The notes beneath the pieces are model-generated. The model did no database searches, was not told the DNA's origin, and saw nothing but the letters and a program-made list of their open reading frames with translations. This document shows positions 1 to 13,761 of a stretch of DNA of 64,000 nt, piece by piece. The stretch is from contig CAVPQD010000016.1 of NCBI GenBank assembly GCA_963707335.1, forward strand, positions 815 to 64,814. Direction: 5' to 3'. This DNA is from an uncultured Thermoleophilia bacterium (lineage in GTDB: Bacteria > Actinomycetota > Thermoleophilia > UBA2241). Positions within the stretch are counted from its first letter, which is position 1, and every line of letters begins with the position of its first letter. The translations under genes were made by a program, and so were the position numbers.

Positions 1-3912
<3,912 letters not shown>

Positions 3913-3963
3913 CCGCCGTAGGCGAGGTGCGGGTCCCTCCCCGCGTCTCGCACTCACTTCGAT

Positions 3964-4002
3964 GAGCGGGCGGCCGGCAGCTCAGCTGCCGGCCGCCCGC
4001 TC
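3964..4002. terminator. Strong GC hairpin (18-bp perfect stem, 3-nt loop) downstream of gyrA; possibly a bidirectional terminator
   Basis: gagcgggcggccggcagc-tca-gctgccggccgcccgctc, 52 nt after the gyrA stop. There is no U-tract, as is usual in high-GC genomes. Confidence 0.6.
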
Positions 4003-4173
4003 CGCATCCCAGACGCGTACCGTGTTGCGCCCGATGGCCGGCACTGTCGAGGCGACCGGGATCGCCTTCCGCAGGATCTGTGTATTCTCCCCGCTCCTCA
4101 TGATGTCTTGTTCCTGGCCCGTCGTCCGGAGCGACGCCCGGTGGCCGCCGCGCCCGTCAGGCCGCCGCGCCCC

Positions 4174-5478
4174 TCAGGCCGCGGCGCCGGCCGAGACGCC
4201 GGCCGCGGCATGCAGCAGCGCGGCCGGCCTCACGGCGATGCCGGCCTGGGTGAGCGCGGCCGCCGTGCGGTTCACGGCCGCGTGCTTGTCCAGGTAGTTG
4301 GCCTCGAGCACGGGCAGGAGACCCGGCGCTCGATGTCGTCCAGCGGCATGAAGTAGTCGAAGATGTCGCTGGGGTGGTCGCGACCGGCCTCTGACCGCAG
4401 GATCGCCGCCCTCGTGCTTGGCGCTGAGGTTGGCGACGGTGGCTGCGGCCTGCACGACGTCGGCGCGGCGGTCGTAGGGCTGCCGCACGATGCTCTTGTA
4501 GGCCTCGGTCACGTGATGCTCGAAACGGACATGGTCCGTGAGGCCGAGCGCCTCCCGCACGTCGGCGCAGGCCAGCAGCGTGTCCACCTCGACGGAGTTC
4601 GACAGATTGAGGCCGGCCATGCTGGTGCAGCCGTCCTCGCCGGCCAGTAGGCGCGCGCCCATGAGCAGCCAGAGCACCGACCAGGGGTTGTCGACGCCCA
4701 TGAACACCGACACCTTGAACTCGTTGCGCACGCCGAGCTTGTTGAGAAGCAGCGCGACGATGATGGTGCCGCTGTTCACGTTGAGCACCTGGCGCACGCC
4801 GTATTCGGTGAGGAAGTGGAGGTACTCATCGGCCCACCTGAGGGGGTAGGCGTTCGGCTGGCCGATGCCGCCGAAGTAGCCGGCCATGGTGTCCGGGCCG
4901 CCCAGGTGGACGTTGCTGCCGTCGATGCCGCGCGTGTCGAGGGTCTCCACATGAGTCGCGCCGATGACCTGCATCGCCGCGGCCACCGCCAGGATGTCGC
5001 CGCCGGGCGCGCTCTGCTCCGCCATGTTGCGCACCCGGATGTAGCGACCCGGCATGAGCTCGCGCCTGGCGATGGCGCGCTCCGCCTCGCTGACGAGCCA
5101 GGGGAAGTACTGCAGGGCGCTGATCTCGAGCGTGACGGCGCACGCCTCCTCGAAAGGCATGGCGCTCGCCGCCGCGCCGAGCTGGTCGTGGCGGTACTCG
5201 TCCAGCGCGATGAAGGCCGCCCCGTCGCGCTGCTCGATGAGCCACTCGAGGCCCGGCAGGAACGGTGAGCGCTCGTCCTCGAGCCGGGCCAGACGCGTGT
5301 CGAGTCGCCCCGCCTCGTCGGCGGCGCTGTTGATGGCCTCCACGCCGCCGTACTTGTCCACCAGGTCGAGGAGCGCCTCGGTCAGCGCGTTGTCCGGCGA
5401 GGCCAGCACGTCGTTCACGGCCTCCAGATCGTCGGGCCGTACGCGCAACCTGGCGCGCAGGTCGTCTCGGGTGGTCAT
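4174..5478 (-). CDS. Conserved-looking hypothetical protein (434 aa) translationally coupled to panB; family not recognised
   Basis: ATG 5476-5478 overlaps the panB stop (ATGA). The composition is protein-like (W/F/Y/N-rich stretches such as NVNSGTIIVALLLNKLGVRNEFKVSVFMGVDNPWSVLWLLMG). Segment 4318-4412 reads better in another frame (see findings). Confidence 0.7.
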   Translation of the reverse strand: MTTRDDLRARLRVRPDDLEAVNDVLASPDNALTEALLDLVDKYGGVEAINSAADEAGRLDTRLARLEDERSPFLPGLEWLIEQRDGAAFIALDEYRHDQLGAAASAMPFEEACAVTLEISALQYFPWLVSEAERAIARRELMPGRYIRVRNMAEQSAPGGDILAVAAAMQVIGATHVETLDTRGIDGSNVHLGGPDTMAGYFGGIGQPNAYPLRWADEYLHFLTEYGVRQVLNVNSGTIIVALLLNKLGVRNEFKVSVFMGVDNPWSVLWLLMGARLLAGEDGCTSMAGLNLSNSVEVDTLLACADVREALGLTDHVRFEHHVTEAYKSIVRQPYDRRADVVQAAATVANLSAKHEGGDPAVRGRSRPPQRHLRLLHAAGRHRAPGLLPVLEANYLDKHAAVNRTAAALTQAGIAVRPAALLHAAAGVSAGAAA

Positions 5479-6326
5479 GACTCCTCCTTCGCCCACGCCG
5501 CGAACCTCTCGTGCTCGCCGTCGAGCATGCGGTAGCAGTGCTGCTCTTCTGGGAAGAGACCGCCGCGCACGTCCGCGACGTAGTCGCTGAGCGCGGCGGT
5601 CGCCACCCCGGCCAGATCGGCGTACTTCTTCACGAACTTGGGCGTGAACGCCTGGAAGGTGCCGAGCACGTCGCTGACGATGAGCAGCTGTCCGTCGACA
5701 TCATCGCCGGCGCCGATGCCGAGCACCGGGATGGGCAGCTCGGCCGTGATGAAGCCGGCCACTTCCGGGGGCACGGCCTCGAGCAGCAGGAGCTGGACTC
5801 CCGCCTCGTAGAGCGCCCGGGCGTCCTCGACGACGAGCCTCGCCGACTCCAGGGTGCGGCCTTGAGCCTTGTGGCCGCCGAGCTGCCCGGAACTCTGCGG
5901 CGTCAGGCCGATGTGGCCGCACACCACGATGCCGGCGTCCAGGATCGCCTTCACGCGGCTGAGGACGCGGGCGCCGCCCTCGAGCTTGATCGCGTCGACG
6001 CCGGCCTCCTTGAGGAAGCGCCCGGCGTTGCGCACCGCTTCCTCGTCCGAGACCTGGTAGCTCATGAACGGCATGTCGCCGACGACGAACACGTCGGGCG
6101 CCCCGCGCCGCACGGCCTCGCAGTGCACGATGCACTGGTCCATGGTCACCGGGACGGTGCCCTGATAGCCGTACACGCACATCCCGAGCGAATCGCCGAC
6201 CAGGATCATGTCCACGCCGGCGGCCTGCTCGAACGTCGCTGTGGGGTAGTCGTAGGCGGTGAGCCAGGTGATCTTCTCGCCCGTCTGCTTCATCTGATGA
6301 AGCTCGAGGACCCCTCTTCTTGCCAT
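5475..6326 (-). CDS. panB: 3-methyl-2-oxobutanoate hydroxymethyltransferase
   Basis: 283 aa. Contains KITWLTAYDYPTA, ILVGDSLGM, VVGDMPFMSYQ, AIKLEGG and GHIGLTPQS, typical PanB motifs. Confidence 0.93.
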   Translation of the reverse strand: MARRGVLELHQMKQTGEKITWLTAYDYPTATFEQAAGVDMILVGDSLGMCVYGYQGTVPVTMDQCIVHCEAVRRGAPDVFVVGDMPFMSYQVSDEEAVRNAGRFLKEAGVDAIKLEGGARVLSRVKAILDAGIVVCGHIGLTPQSSGQLGGHKAQGRTLESARLVVEDARALYEAGVQLLLLEAVPPEVAGFITAELPIPVLGIGAGDDVDGQLLIVSDVLGTFQAFTPKFVKKYADLAGVATAALSDYVADVRGGLFPEEQHCYRMLDGEHERFAAWAKEES

Positions 6327-6363
6327 CGCGCGTCTCCTCTCCGGCCGGCCGTGGCGACCTGTG

Positions 6364-6831
6364 TCAATCGTCGTCGAGCTGCGCCGGCCAGCCCTCGTCG
6401 CGCTTCACTTCCGTGAGCACGAGCATAGTCTCCAGCTTGGACACGCCGGGGATGGCGGCGATGTCGTTCTTGATGAGCCGTCCGAGATGCTCCAGGTCGC
6501 GCACCGCGACGTGCAGCAGATAGTCGAAGCGACCGGTCACGTGGTAGCAGGAGCGCACACCGGGGATGCGCACGATGCCGCGCTCGAAGTCCTCGATGTG
6601 ATCGCGGCTGTGGGCGTTGAGCTCGGCCGCGACGAAGGCCTGCAGCCCGACTCCCAGGGCCTCAGGCGCCACGTCGGCCTTGTAGCCGCGGATGGCGCCG
6701 TCCCGCTCCAGCCGGCGCACGCGCTCCAGCATGGCCGACGGCGACAGGCCGAGTCGCTCGGCGAGCCGGGCGTTTGTCTGGCGTCCGTCCCGCTGCAGGG
6801 CGCTGAGGATCTGTCGATCGAGCGAGTCCAT
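6364..6831 (-). CDS. Lrp/AsnC family transcriptional regulator
   Basis: ATG at 6831 is preceded by GGAGG. MDSLDRQILSALQRDGRQTNARLAERLGLSPSAMLERVRRLERDGAIRGY is the HTH_AsnC part. The C-terminal RAM/AsnC_trans_reg domain is present. The longer ORF upstream of this ATG is Arg-rich noise. Confidence 0.9.
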   Translation of the reverse strand: MDSLDRQILSALQRDGRQTNARLAERLGLSPSAMLERVRRLERDGAIRGYKADVAPEALGVGLQAFVAAELNAHSRDHIEDFERGIVRIPGVRSCYHVTGRFDYLLHVAVRDLEHLGRLIKNDIAAIPGVSKLETMLVLTEVKRDEGWPAQLDDD

Positions 6832-7015
6832 GAGCCTCCATTGGGTCTCGTAATCGTCACTGTCACCGAAGAACGTGCGGTGAGTCAAGGCAACAAAAGG
6901 ATATTCTGCGTCATCAGCATGATACCAGCGTATGGGAACGTGGCGGCCCCAGTGACAGGGAGCCCGACCGAAGAATCTGCGGAGACGGCCGGCGGCGCCC
7001 GGCCTGCAGAGCGTC

Positions 7016-8329
7016 TCAGGCGGGTCGCACCAGCACGGCGCGGAAGTCGTTGACGTTGGTGTGCGTGGGGCCTGTGACGAGCAGGTCGTCCAGCCTCGCG
7101 AAGAACGTGTAGGCGTCGTTCGCCGCCAGCGCGGCGCCCGGGTCGACGCCCGCCGCATCCGCGCGAGTCAGGGTGTCCGGCGCGAGGAACGCGCCGGCGT
7201 TGTGCTCGGTGCCGTCGATGCCGTCGGTATCGGCGGCGATCGCGGCGACGCCCGGCGTTCCCCGGAGGCCGATCGCCAGGCTCAGCAGATACTCAGTGTT
7301 ACGGCCTCCCCGTCCGGCGCCGGCCACCGTCACCGTCGTCTCGCCGCCCGAGAGCAGCACGCAGGGCGCGGCGGCGGGGCCCTGGCCCGCGGCGCAGGCG
7401 CGCGCCACCTCGGCGTGCGCCGCGCCCAGTTCGCGCGCCTCCCCCTCGAGGTCGTAGCCGAGGACGACCGGCTCGACGCCGCCCGCCCTCGCCACCTGTG
7501 CCGCGGCGTCGATGGAACCGTGGGCCGTTGCCAGCATCACCACCTCGTCGCGAGCGAACGACGGGTCGCCCGGCTTGGGCGTCTCGCTGCCCGCGATGCT
7601 GTCGCCGGCCTCGCGGCTGCCCGCCGCCGCCCCGATGCGCAAGGTACTCAGCACGGCCGCAGGTTCGGTGATGGCGTAGCGCTGCAGGATGGCGAGCGCG
7701 TCCTCGAAGGTAGTCGGATCGGGCACGGTCGGACCGGAGGCGATCGTCGATGCGTCATCGCCGGGGACGTCCGAGATGATGTAGGTGACGACACGGGCGG
7801 GGTGCGCTGCCACCGCGAGGCGGCCGCCCTTCACGAGCGACAGGTGCTTCCGCACGCAGTTGATCTCCGCGATGCTCGCGCTGCTGCGCAGGAGCGCGCG
7901 ACCGATCCTCTGGATCTCATCCAGGGCGAGGTCCGCGGTCGGCAGTTCGAGCAGTGCCGAACCGCCGCCGGACAGCAGGCAGATGACCAGGTCGTCCGCC
8001 GAGAGGTCCTGCACGAGTGCGAGGATGCGGGCCGTCGCTTCCCGGCCGGCGGCATCGGGGAGCGGATGCGCTGCCTCCATGACGCCGATGCGCTCGCACG
8101 GTTCGCCGTGGCCGTACCGCGTCACGACGAGTCCGTCGAGCGGCCCCTTCCACTCCTTCTCGACGGTCCGCGCCATGCGCGCCGCGGCCTTGCCTGCGCC
8201 GACCACGATGGTGCGCCCGGTGGGACGCGACGGCAGGCGCCCAGGCAGCAGCTGAACCGGGTCGGCCGCGGCGACGGCGGCGTCAAAGAGGCTGCGGAGA
8301 AACGTCCGCGGCTCGGGTGGCATCGGCAT
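7016..8329 (-). CDS. Glycerate 2-kinase / hydroxypyruvate reductase family protein (DUF4147 + MOFRL type)
   Basis: 437 aa. Contains VVGAGKAAARMA, GHPLPD, LLSGGGSALL and GGETTVTV...GRGGRNTE, the MOFRL glycerate-kinase signatures. Confidence 0.85.
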   Translation of the reverse strand: MPMPPEPRTFLRSLFDAAVAAADPVQLLPGRLPSRPTGRTIVVGAGKAAARMARTVEKEWKGPLDGLVVTRYGHGEPCERIGVMEAAHPLPDAAGREATARILALVQDLSADDLVICLLSGGGSALLELPTADLALDEIQRIGRALLRSSASIAEINCVRKHLSLVKGGRLAVAAHPARVVTYIISDVPGDDASTIASGPTVPDPTTFEDALAILQRYAITEPAAVLSTLRIGAAAGSREAGDSIAGSETPKPGDPSFARDEVVMLATAHGSIDAAAQVARAGGVEPVVLGYDLEGEARELGAAHAEVARACAAGQGPAAAPCVLLSGGETTVTVAGAGRGGRNTEYLLSLAIGLRGTPGVAAIAADTDGIDGTEHNAGAFLAPDTLTRADAAGVDPGAALAANDAYTFFARLDDLLVTGPTHTNVNDFRAVLVRPA

Positions 8330-8388
8330 CCCTCCGTGAGGATGGTCGGGCGGGCGAGTGCTACCGTCTTACCGCAGCGCGCAGGGGT

Positions 8389-9867
8389 TCACACGTCGGC
8401 GTCGGCGTCCGTCGGCGCGCTGGCCACGGCCGGGGCGGCCTCTATCGCCTCCCCCTCCTCGCCGAAGTGCTCGTTGCGCACGAAGTCCTGCACGGTGCGG
8501 CGTTCGGCGATGAGCCGCAGGCCGCTCTCGTCCACCATGTAGGCGGCCGCCTGGTCGCGCCCGTTGTAGGCGCTCATGCACTCGAGGGAGTACGCGCCGA
8601 CGTCGAAGAAGGCGATCAGGTCGCCCACGCCGGTGCTGGTGGGCAGGAAGCGGAAGGGCGACCCGGGGTCGCCGGCGTAGACGTCGCCACCGTCGCAGAG
8701 CGGGCCGCCCAGGCGGAAGGGCCGCACCGGCGGCTTGCTGCAGCGGTTGGCGACCACAGCGCGGAAATACCAGTGGTAGTTCGAGTGCTCCAGGATGGTG
8801 TTGAAGCCGGCGTCGACCATGAGCCAGTCCTCGCGCGCGATGCGCCCGCGACCGGCCTCGAGGAGCTTCGTCTTCTCGGCCTCGACGCGGCTCAGCAACA
8901 CCGCGGTGTCGCCGGCGATGGCGCGGCCTGGCTCCAGATAGAGCTTCAGCTTGGGGCGCGCCGCCCGCAGCTTGGCGCAGACCACCTCAGCATAGTCGTC
9001 CAGGGCGTGCGGCGCCTCGAAGTAGGTGTCCGGCTCATCGCGGATGCGATCGTAGTAAGGGATGGCGTAGCCGCCGCCGATGTTGAGATGCTCAAGGCGG
9101 GTGCCGTGGGCCGTCTCGACCTTCTTGACCAGGGCCAGCGCCTCATCCAGCGCGGCTTCATAGGGCTCCACCTCAGTGATCTGCGAGCCGATGTGATAGT
9201 GCAGGCCGACGACCTTGACGTTGGGCAGCTGCACGGCGAGGCCGAACGCGCCGACGGTCTCGCCGACATCGATGCCCGCCTTGGCGCCGTTGCTCGTCTG
9301 CAGCCCCGGATGCGTGGCGCTCGCGATGTTGAGGTCGATGCGCAACGCCACCCGCGCCTCGACGCACAGGTCCGCTGCTATGGCGGCGACACGTTTCAGC
9401 TCGGAGACGGAGTCGACGATGATCGCCTCGATGGGCGGATCCAGCGCGGCGGCGATCTCATCCTCGCTCTTGGCGTTGCCGTTGAAGACGATCTGGTCCG
9501 GCGTGAAGCCGACTCGCTTGACCTTCCAGAGCTCGCCGCCCGAGTTGACCTCGACGTCGATGCCGGCGGCGCGCACGCGGTCCAGGAACCACAGGTTGGA
9601 GCAGGCCTTGCTGGCATAGAAGATGCGGGTCTGCGGGTGTCTGCTCTGGAAGGCCGTGCGCATGGCGGCGATGTTGCGGTCGAGTTGGGGGGCACTGAAC
9701 AGGAAGAACGGCGTAGGTATAGTCTCGGCAAGCTCCGTCACGTCCAGACCCTCGAACAGCATGCGCCCGCGGGCGCACCCCAGCATCTCGGCCGTGTGGA
9801 TGGCGAGCTGGGCGAAGGTGACGCCGCAGGTGCGGTCGGTCGGGTCGGCAGGGTCGTACGGCGCCAT
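8389..9867 (-). CDS. Fold-type III PLP-dependent decarboxylase (Orn/DAP/Arg decarboxylase family 2); substrate unknown
   Basis: 492 aa. Contains TPFFLFS, FYASKACSN, HYHIGSQ, LNIGGGY, EPGRAIAG and GGPLCDGGD, in DapDC/ODC-like order. An acidic, Ala-rich C-terminal tail is present. Confidence 0.8.
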   Translation of the reverse strand: MAPYDPADPTDRTCGVTFAQLAIHTAEMLGCARGRMLFEGLDVTELAETIPTPFFLFSAPQLDRNIAAMRTAFQSRHPQTRIFYASKACSNLWFLDRVRAAGIDVEVNSGGELWKVKRVGFTPDQIVFNGNAKSEDEIAAALDPPIEAIIVDSVSELKRVAAIAADLCVEARVALRIDLNIASATHPGLQTSNGAKAGIDVGETVGAFGLAVQLPNVKVVGLHYHIGSQITEVEPYEAALDEALALVKKVETAHGTRLEHLNIGGGYAIPYYDRIRDEPDTYFEAPHALDDYAEVVCAKLRAARPKLKLYLEPGRAIAGDTAVLLSRVEAEKTKLLEAGRGRIAREDWLMVDAGFNTILEHSNYHWYFRAVVANRCSKPPVRPFRLGGPLCDGGDVYAGDPGSPFRFLPTSTGVGDLIAFFDVGAYSLECMSAYNGRDQAAAYMVDESGLRLIAERRTVQDFVRNEHFGEEGEAIEAAPAVASAPTDADADV

Positions 9868-9880
9868 CGCTCCCCTTCGC

Positions 9881-11280
9881 TCAGACCAGCTCGTGCAGAC
9901 GCTGCAAGAGCGGATCGAATTCCGGTCCCTTAAAGCAGTACCCCAGCTCGCGGAAGCCCGACCGCAGGCGCTTGATCTCGTCCGCGACGGCGGCTCCGTC
10001 GTTGACGACCGCTGCCATGAGCCGGGCGACTTCTGCGAAGTCGTCCGGCCCCATGCCGAAGCGCGTCATCTCGGCGACGCCCAGACGCAGGGCGCCGGAG
10101 GCCGTGAAGCCCTCCTCGTCCGGCGCCGCCTGGTAGTTGCAGATGATGTTGCTTGTCCTCGAGCCGCGCCGCCATCTCGGGACCCCGGCCGTAGCCGACC
10201 CGGACGACGACCTGGTGCGTCTCGGTGTAGTTGACGGCGGGGTCGCCGGCAACGTCCAGCCCGGCGTCGTCGAGCGCCACGGCGAAGGCCTTGGCGTTGG
10301 CGATCACGGCCTGCTGGTAGGCGTCCTTGAAGTGGTTCATCTCGATAGGCCGCCATGAGCAGGCCGAGCAGCGTGCCGAGATGGTGGTTGCTCACGGAAC
10401 CCGGGAAGGCGCGGCGCTCGACGGCCTCCCACAGCTCCCACTTCTCCTCCGGCTCCTGCCAGCGTCCGCCGATGACGCCGCGCTGGGTGCCGAAGAACGT
10501 CTTGTGGGTGGAGCCGGTGACGAGGTCGGCGCCCTCGGCGAACGGCTCGCTGGAAGTAGCGGGCCGACGAGGCCCAGCACGTGCGCCATGTCGTACATGA
10601 GCACCGCGTCGATGCCGGCGGCGTCCAGGAAGGTGCGCACCTCGTACACCGGTTCGGGATGCAGCACCATGCTCTTGCCGAGGATGATGAGCTCGGGTCG
10701 CTCCTTCTCGATGAGGTCGAGGAGCGCCGGCACGTCGGCCTTGTAGGGGTTGTCCGCGAGCACCGGGATGTCCTCGACCGCCGGCATCTCGGTGCGCGGG
10801 TCGCGGGCCACGAAGTCACGCAGCGCGCCCATCGGCTGGGCGCTCAGGTGGCCGCCCTTGCCGATGTGGTTGTTGATCACCTTGCGGATGCGCCGCGGCT
10901 CAGCCTTGCGGTCGGCGCGGTTGAGGTAGTCGACCAGCGCGCTGAACACGGCGGTGTTGGCCATCTGACCGCTGATGACGCGGGTCTCGACCTCGGGGCA
11001 GCCCAGGTAGTCGCGCAGCTCGGCCGCGAGCAGCCGCTCGACCTCGTCGATGAACGCCGTGCCCTGGTAGTAGAAGACGTCGAGGTCGTAGAAGGCCTCG
11101 GTCTTCTTGTGCTCGGCGTAGCGGAAGGCCGGGTCCGTGATGCTGAGCAGCCGCACCATCGGCGACGGCGTCATCTCGGAAGGGATGAGGTCGATGCACT
11201 CGTCCTGTCGCCACTCGTGATTGCGCGATCGCGGCAGTCAGCAGCCGCACCGCCTGCCGCGGCCCGTCGCCGCGCGACAG
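9881..11280 (-). pseudogene. glyA: Serine hydroxymethyltransferase-like gene (archaeal-type N-terminus QHEWRQDECIDLIPSE) interrupted by about 5 single-base frameshifts; 5' boundary uncertain
   Basis: The pieces lie in successive frames. Segment 1: HEWRQDECIDLIPSEMTPSPM...MYDMAHVLGLVGP. Segment 2: YFQ. Segment 3: EPFAEGADLVTGSTHKTFFGTQRG...SNHHLGTLLGLLMAAY. Segment 4: EMNHFKDAYQQAVIANAKAF...PEMAARLED. Segment 5: NIICNYQAAPDEEGF...LQRLHELV*. The shifts are near 11215, 10573, 10560, 10340 and 10140, each consistent with one extra base. Confidence 0.8.
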
Positions 11281-12549
11281 CGCGGGCAGCTGCGGGCTGT
11301 GGTCCCAGACGATGGCACGGGCGTACGGCGGCGCGTCGCTGCGCAGGTGGTAGGGCACGACCAGGCCGGGCACGCGCCGCCCGCGCACGTCAACCTGCAC
11401 GTCGTCGTCCTCGAGGATGCGGCTGTCGACGTAGGCGAGCGCGATGGAACGCAGCTGCTGATCCTCCGTGAGCGACGAACGCAACCCGTCGCCATCGACG
11501 ATCCAATAGGGCACAGCGGTCCCGCTCGTGACCCAGCCGACGGCTTCACCGTCGCGGTACACCGCGGAACCCTGCCGAGCGATGCCGCGGCCGGTCACCG
11601 CGACCGGCTGGGTGAGCCGGGGCAGATCGTCGATGAGTGAGTAGTCGCGCCGCAGGATGCGCTCATAGGCCGCGTGCTGACGCTCCAGCGCGGCGCGGCC
11701 CACGAACTCGCCCTTGCGCGGCGAGAAGCTGACGGCGAACGCGGCAAGCGGGCAGCTCATGATGGGGATCTCCCGGCCGGCGGGGTCGAGGCCCAGCTCC
11801 TGACCGTACAGCGGCAGGCCGGCCTCGAGGCGCAGCGTGTCGCGGGCGCCGAGCCCGACGGGCTCCGCGCCCGCGACGACGAGTGCGTCCCACAGGGCCG
11901 GCGCGTGTCCGGCGGCCACGAAGAGCTCGAAGCAGATGGGCTCCCCTGTGTAGCCGGTGCGGCCGACGCGCACCTCCGCGCCGTCGATGGTGACGATGCT
12001 GAGCTCGTTGCGCAGCGGTTCGGGCAGGCGGCCGCGCTCGATGAGACCGGCCAGGATGTCGCGCGACGCCCTGCCCTGCAGGGCGAGCATCGCGATCTCG
12101 CCGGTCTCGTCGGTGAGCTCCACGTCGGGGAAGCCCCGGATCAGCTCGTGGAAATGCTCCCAGTCCTTGATGCGGTTGGAGGCGTTCACCACGAGCAGGT
12201 ACTCGTCCTCGCGGAAGCGGTAGAGGTAGGCGTCGTCGACGGCGCCGCCCGTGGGTGTCGGCACCATGGTGTACTGCGCCTGCAGCACGTCCAGCGCCGC
12301 GGCGTTGTTGGTGAGGACATGTTGCAGGAACGGCACCGCCCCGCGGCCACGCAGCACGAAGCGGCCCATGTGCGACACGTCGAACAGGCCGGCGTGGCGG
12401 CGCGTGGCCAGGTGCTCGGCGATGATGCCCCCGGCGTACTGCACCGGCATCTCCCAGCCGGCGAAGTCGACCATGCGCGCGCCGGCCGCGACGTGCCGGT
12501 CGTAGAGGGGCGTGCGCTTCAAGTGGCCGGCCGTGGCGGCGTCGTTCAT
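11281..12549 (-). CDS. gcvT: Glycine cleavage system T protein (aminomethyltransferase); 3' end not defined because there is no in-frame stop before the glyA-like gene
   Basis: ATG 12549 overlaps the aminotransferase stop (ATGA). Contains LKRTPLYDRHVAAGARMVDFAGWEMPVQY...AGLFDVSHMGRF and ARDTLRLEAGLPLYGQEL. The reading frame runs on into the SHMT N-terminus. Confidence 0.85.
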
Positions 12550-13761
12550 GACTGCGCCCACTGCTTCAGCTTACCCAGGCCCTCCTCGATCTCCGCGACC
12601 TCGATGCCGGAGTAGGCGAAGCGGACGTAGTGCTCGGCCTCGCCAGGCAAGGCGCGGCCGAAATGCAGACGGGTGCAGAAACTGACGCCCGTCTGCTCCA
12701 GGGCGCCGCGCCGCAGCTCGTCGTAGCTGCCGAAGCCCTTCTGCTTCATCAGGCCGGTGACGTTGGGGAACAGGTAGAACGTGGCCTCGGGCTTGAAGCA
12801 GCGCACGCCGGGGATTTCGTTCAACAGCCGCACGGCGGCGTCGCGGCGCTCCTTCAGTGTCTCGACGATGCGTCGCGGCCCCGACTGGTCGCCGGTGAGT
12901 CCCTCGAGCGCCCCGTACTGGATGAAATGGTTCGAGCATGACTCGTCGTTCACGTTGAGCTTGGCGATGACGTCGATGTACTCGGACGGCCCGATGGCGG
13001 CCCCCAGACGCCAGCCCGTCATCGCGAACTTCTTGGAGAACGTGTAGAGGATGACGGTGCGCTCGGCCATGCCGGGCAGCGAGGCGATGGACCGGCTGGC
13101 GCCGGAGTAGCGGATGTCCCAGTAGGCCTCGTCGCTCAGCACGACGAGGTCGTGGGCGAGTGCCAGCTCGGCCAGGCGCTCCAGCTCCGCCGCCGAGCTT
13201 TCGGCGCCGGTCGGGTTCTGCAGGTTGTTGAAGATCAGCAGGCGCGTCCTGGGCGTGATCGCGCTTTCGAGCTGGTCGAAGTCGAGCTCGAAGTTGTCGG
13301 CGCCTTCGACGTAGCTGTAGGGCTTGGCGATGCCCCCATGGAACTCGATCTGGCTCTCGTAGATGGGGTAGCCCGGGTTCGGGTACAGCACCTCGTCGCC
13401 CGGGTCCATCAGCGCCAGGATGAACTTGCCGATGACCGGCTTGCCGCCGGGTTGCGATGGCCACGTTCTGCGGGGCCAGCTCGAGGAGATGCGAGGCGCC
13501 GACGTCTGCGGCGATCGCCTCGCGCAGCGGCATGATGCCGGCATTGGGGCAGTAGCCGGTCTTGCCGTCGCGGATGGCCTTCTCGGCGGCGTCGACGATG
13601 TTCTGCGGTGTGGGCAGGTCCATGTCGCCCAGATGGAAGGGGTAGACCCTGTGTCCCTGGTCGCGCCATTCGTTCGCCTCCGCCGACACGGCGAACGCCG
13701 TCTCTGTGCCAAGGCGCGCGATTCGCTCGGCGACACCGCGGGTGCGCGCAAACGACGTCAT
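12546..13761 (-). pseudogene. Class I/II (aspartate/alanine-type) PLP aminotransferase with one frameshift near 13450
   Basis: The N-terminus MTSFARTRGVAERIARLGTETAF...YCPNAGIMPLREAIAADV is in one frame. GGKPVIGKFILALMDPGDEVLYPNPGYPIYE...YTFSKKFAMTGWRLG...RFAYS is in the next frame. ATG 13761 overlaps the upstream stop (ATGA). Confidence 0.85.

Noticed and set aside
4102-4176. TGA read-through or selenocysteine joining the 4174-5478 gene to the in-frame 39-codon ORF downstream.
   Set aside because: The 25 intervening codons (GARRPDGRGGHRASLRTTGQEQDI) look non-coding, and no SECIS-like hairpin follows the TGA.
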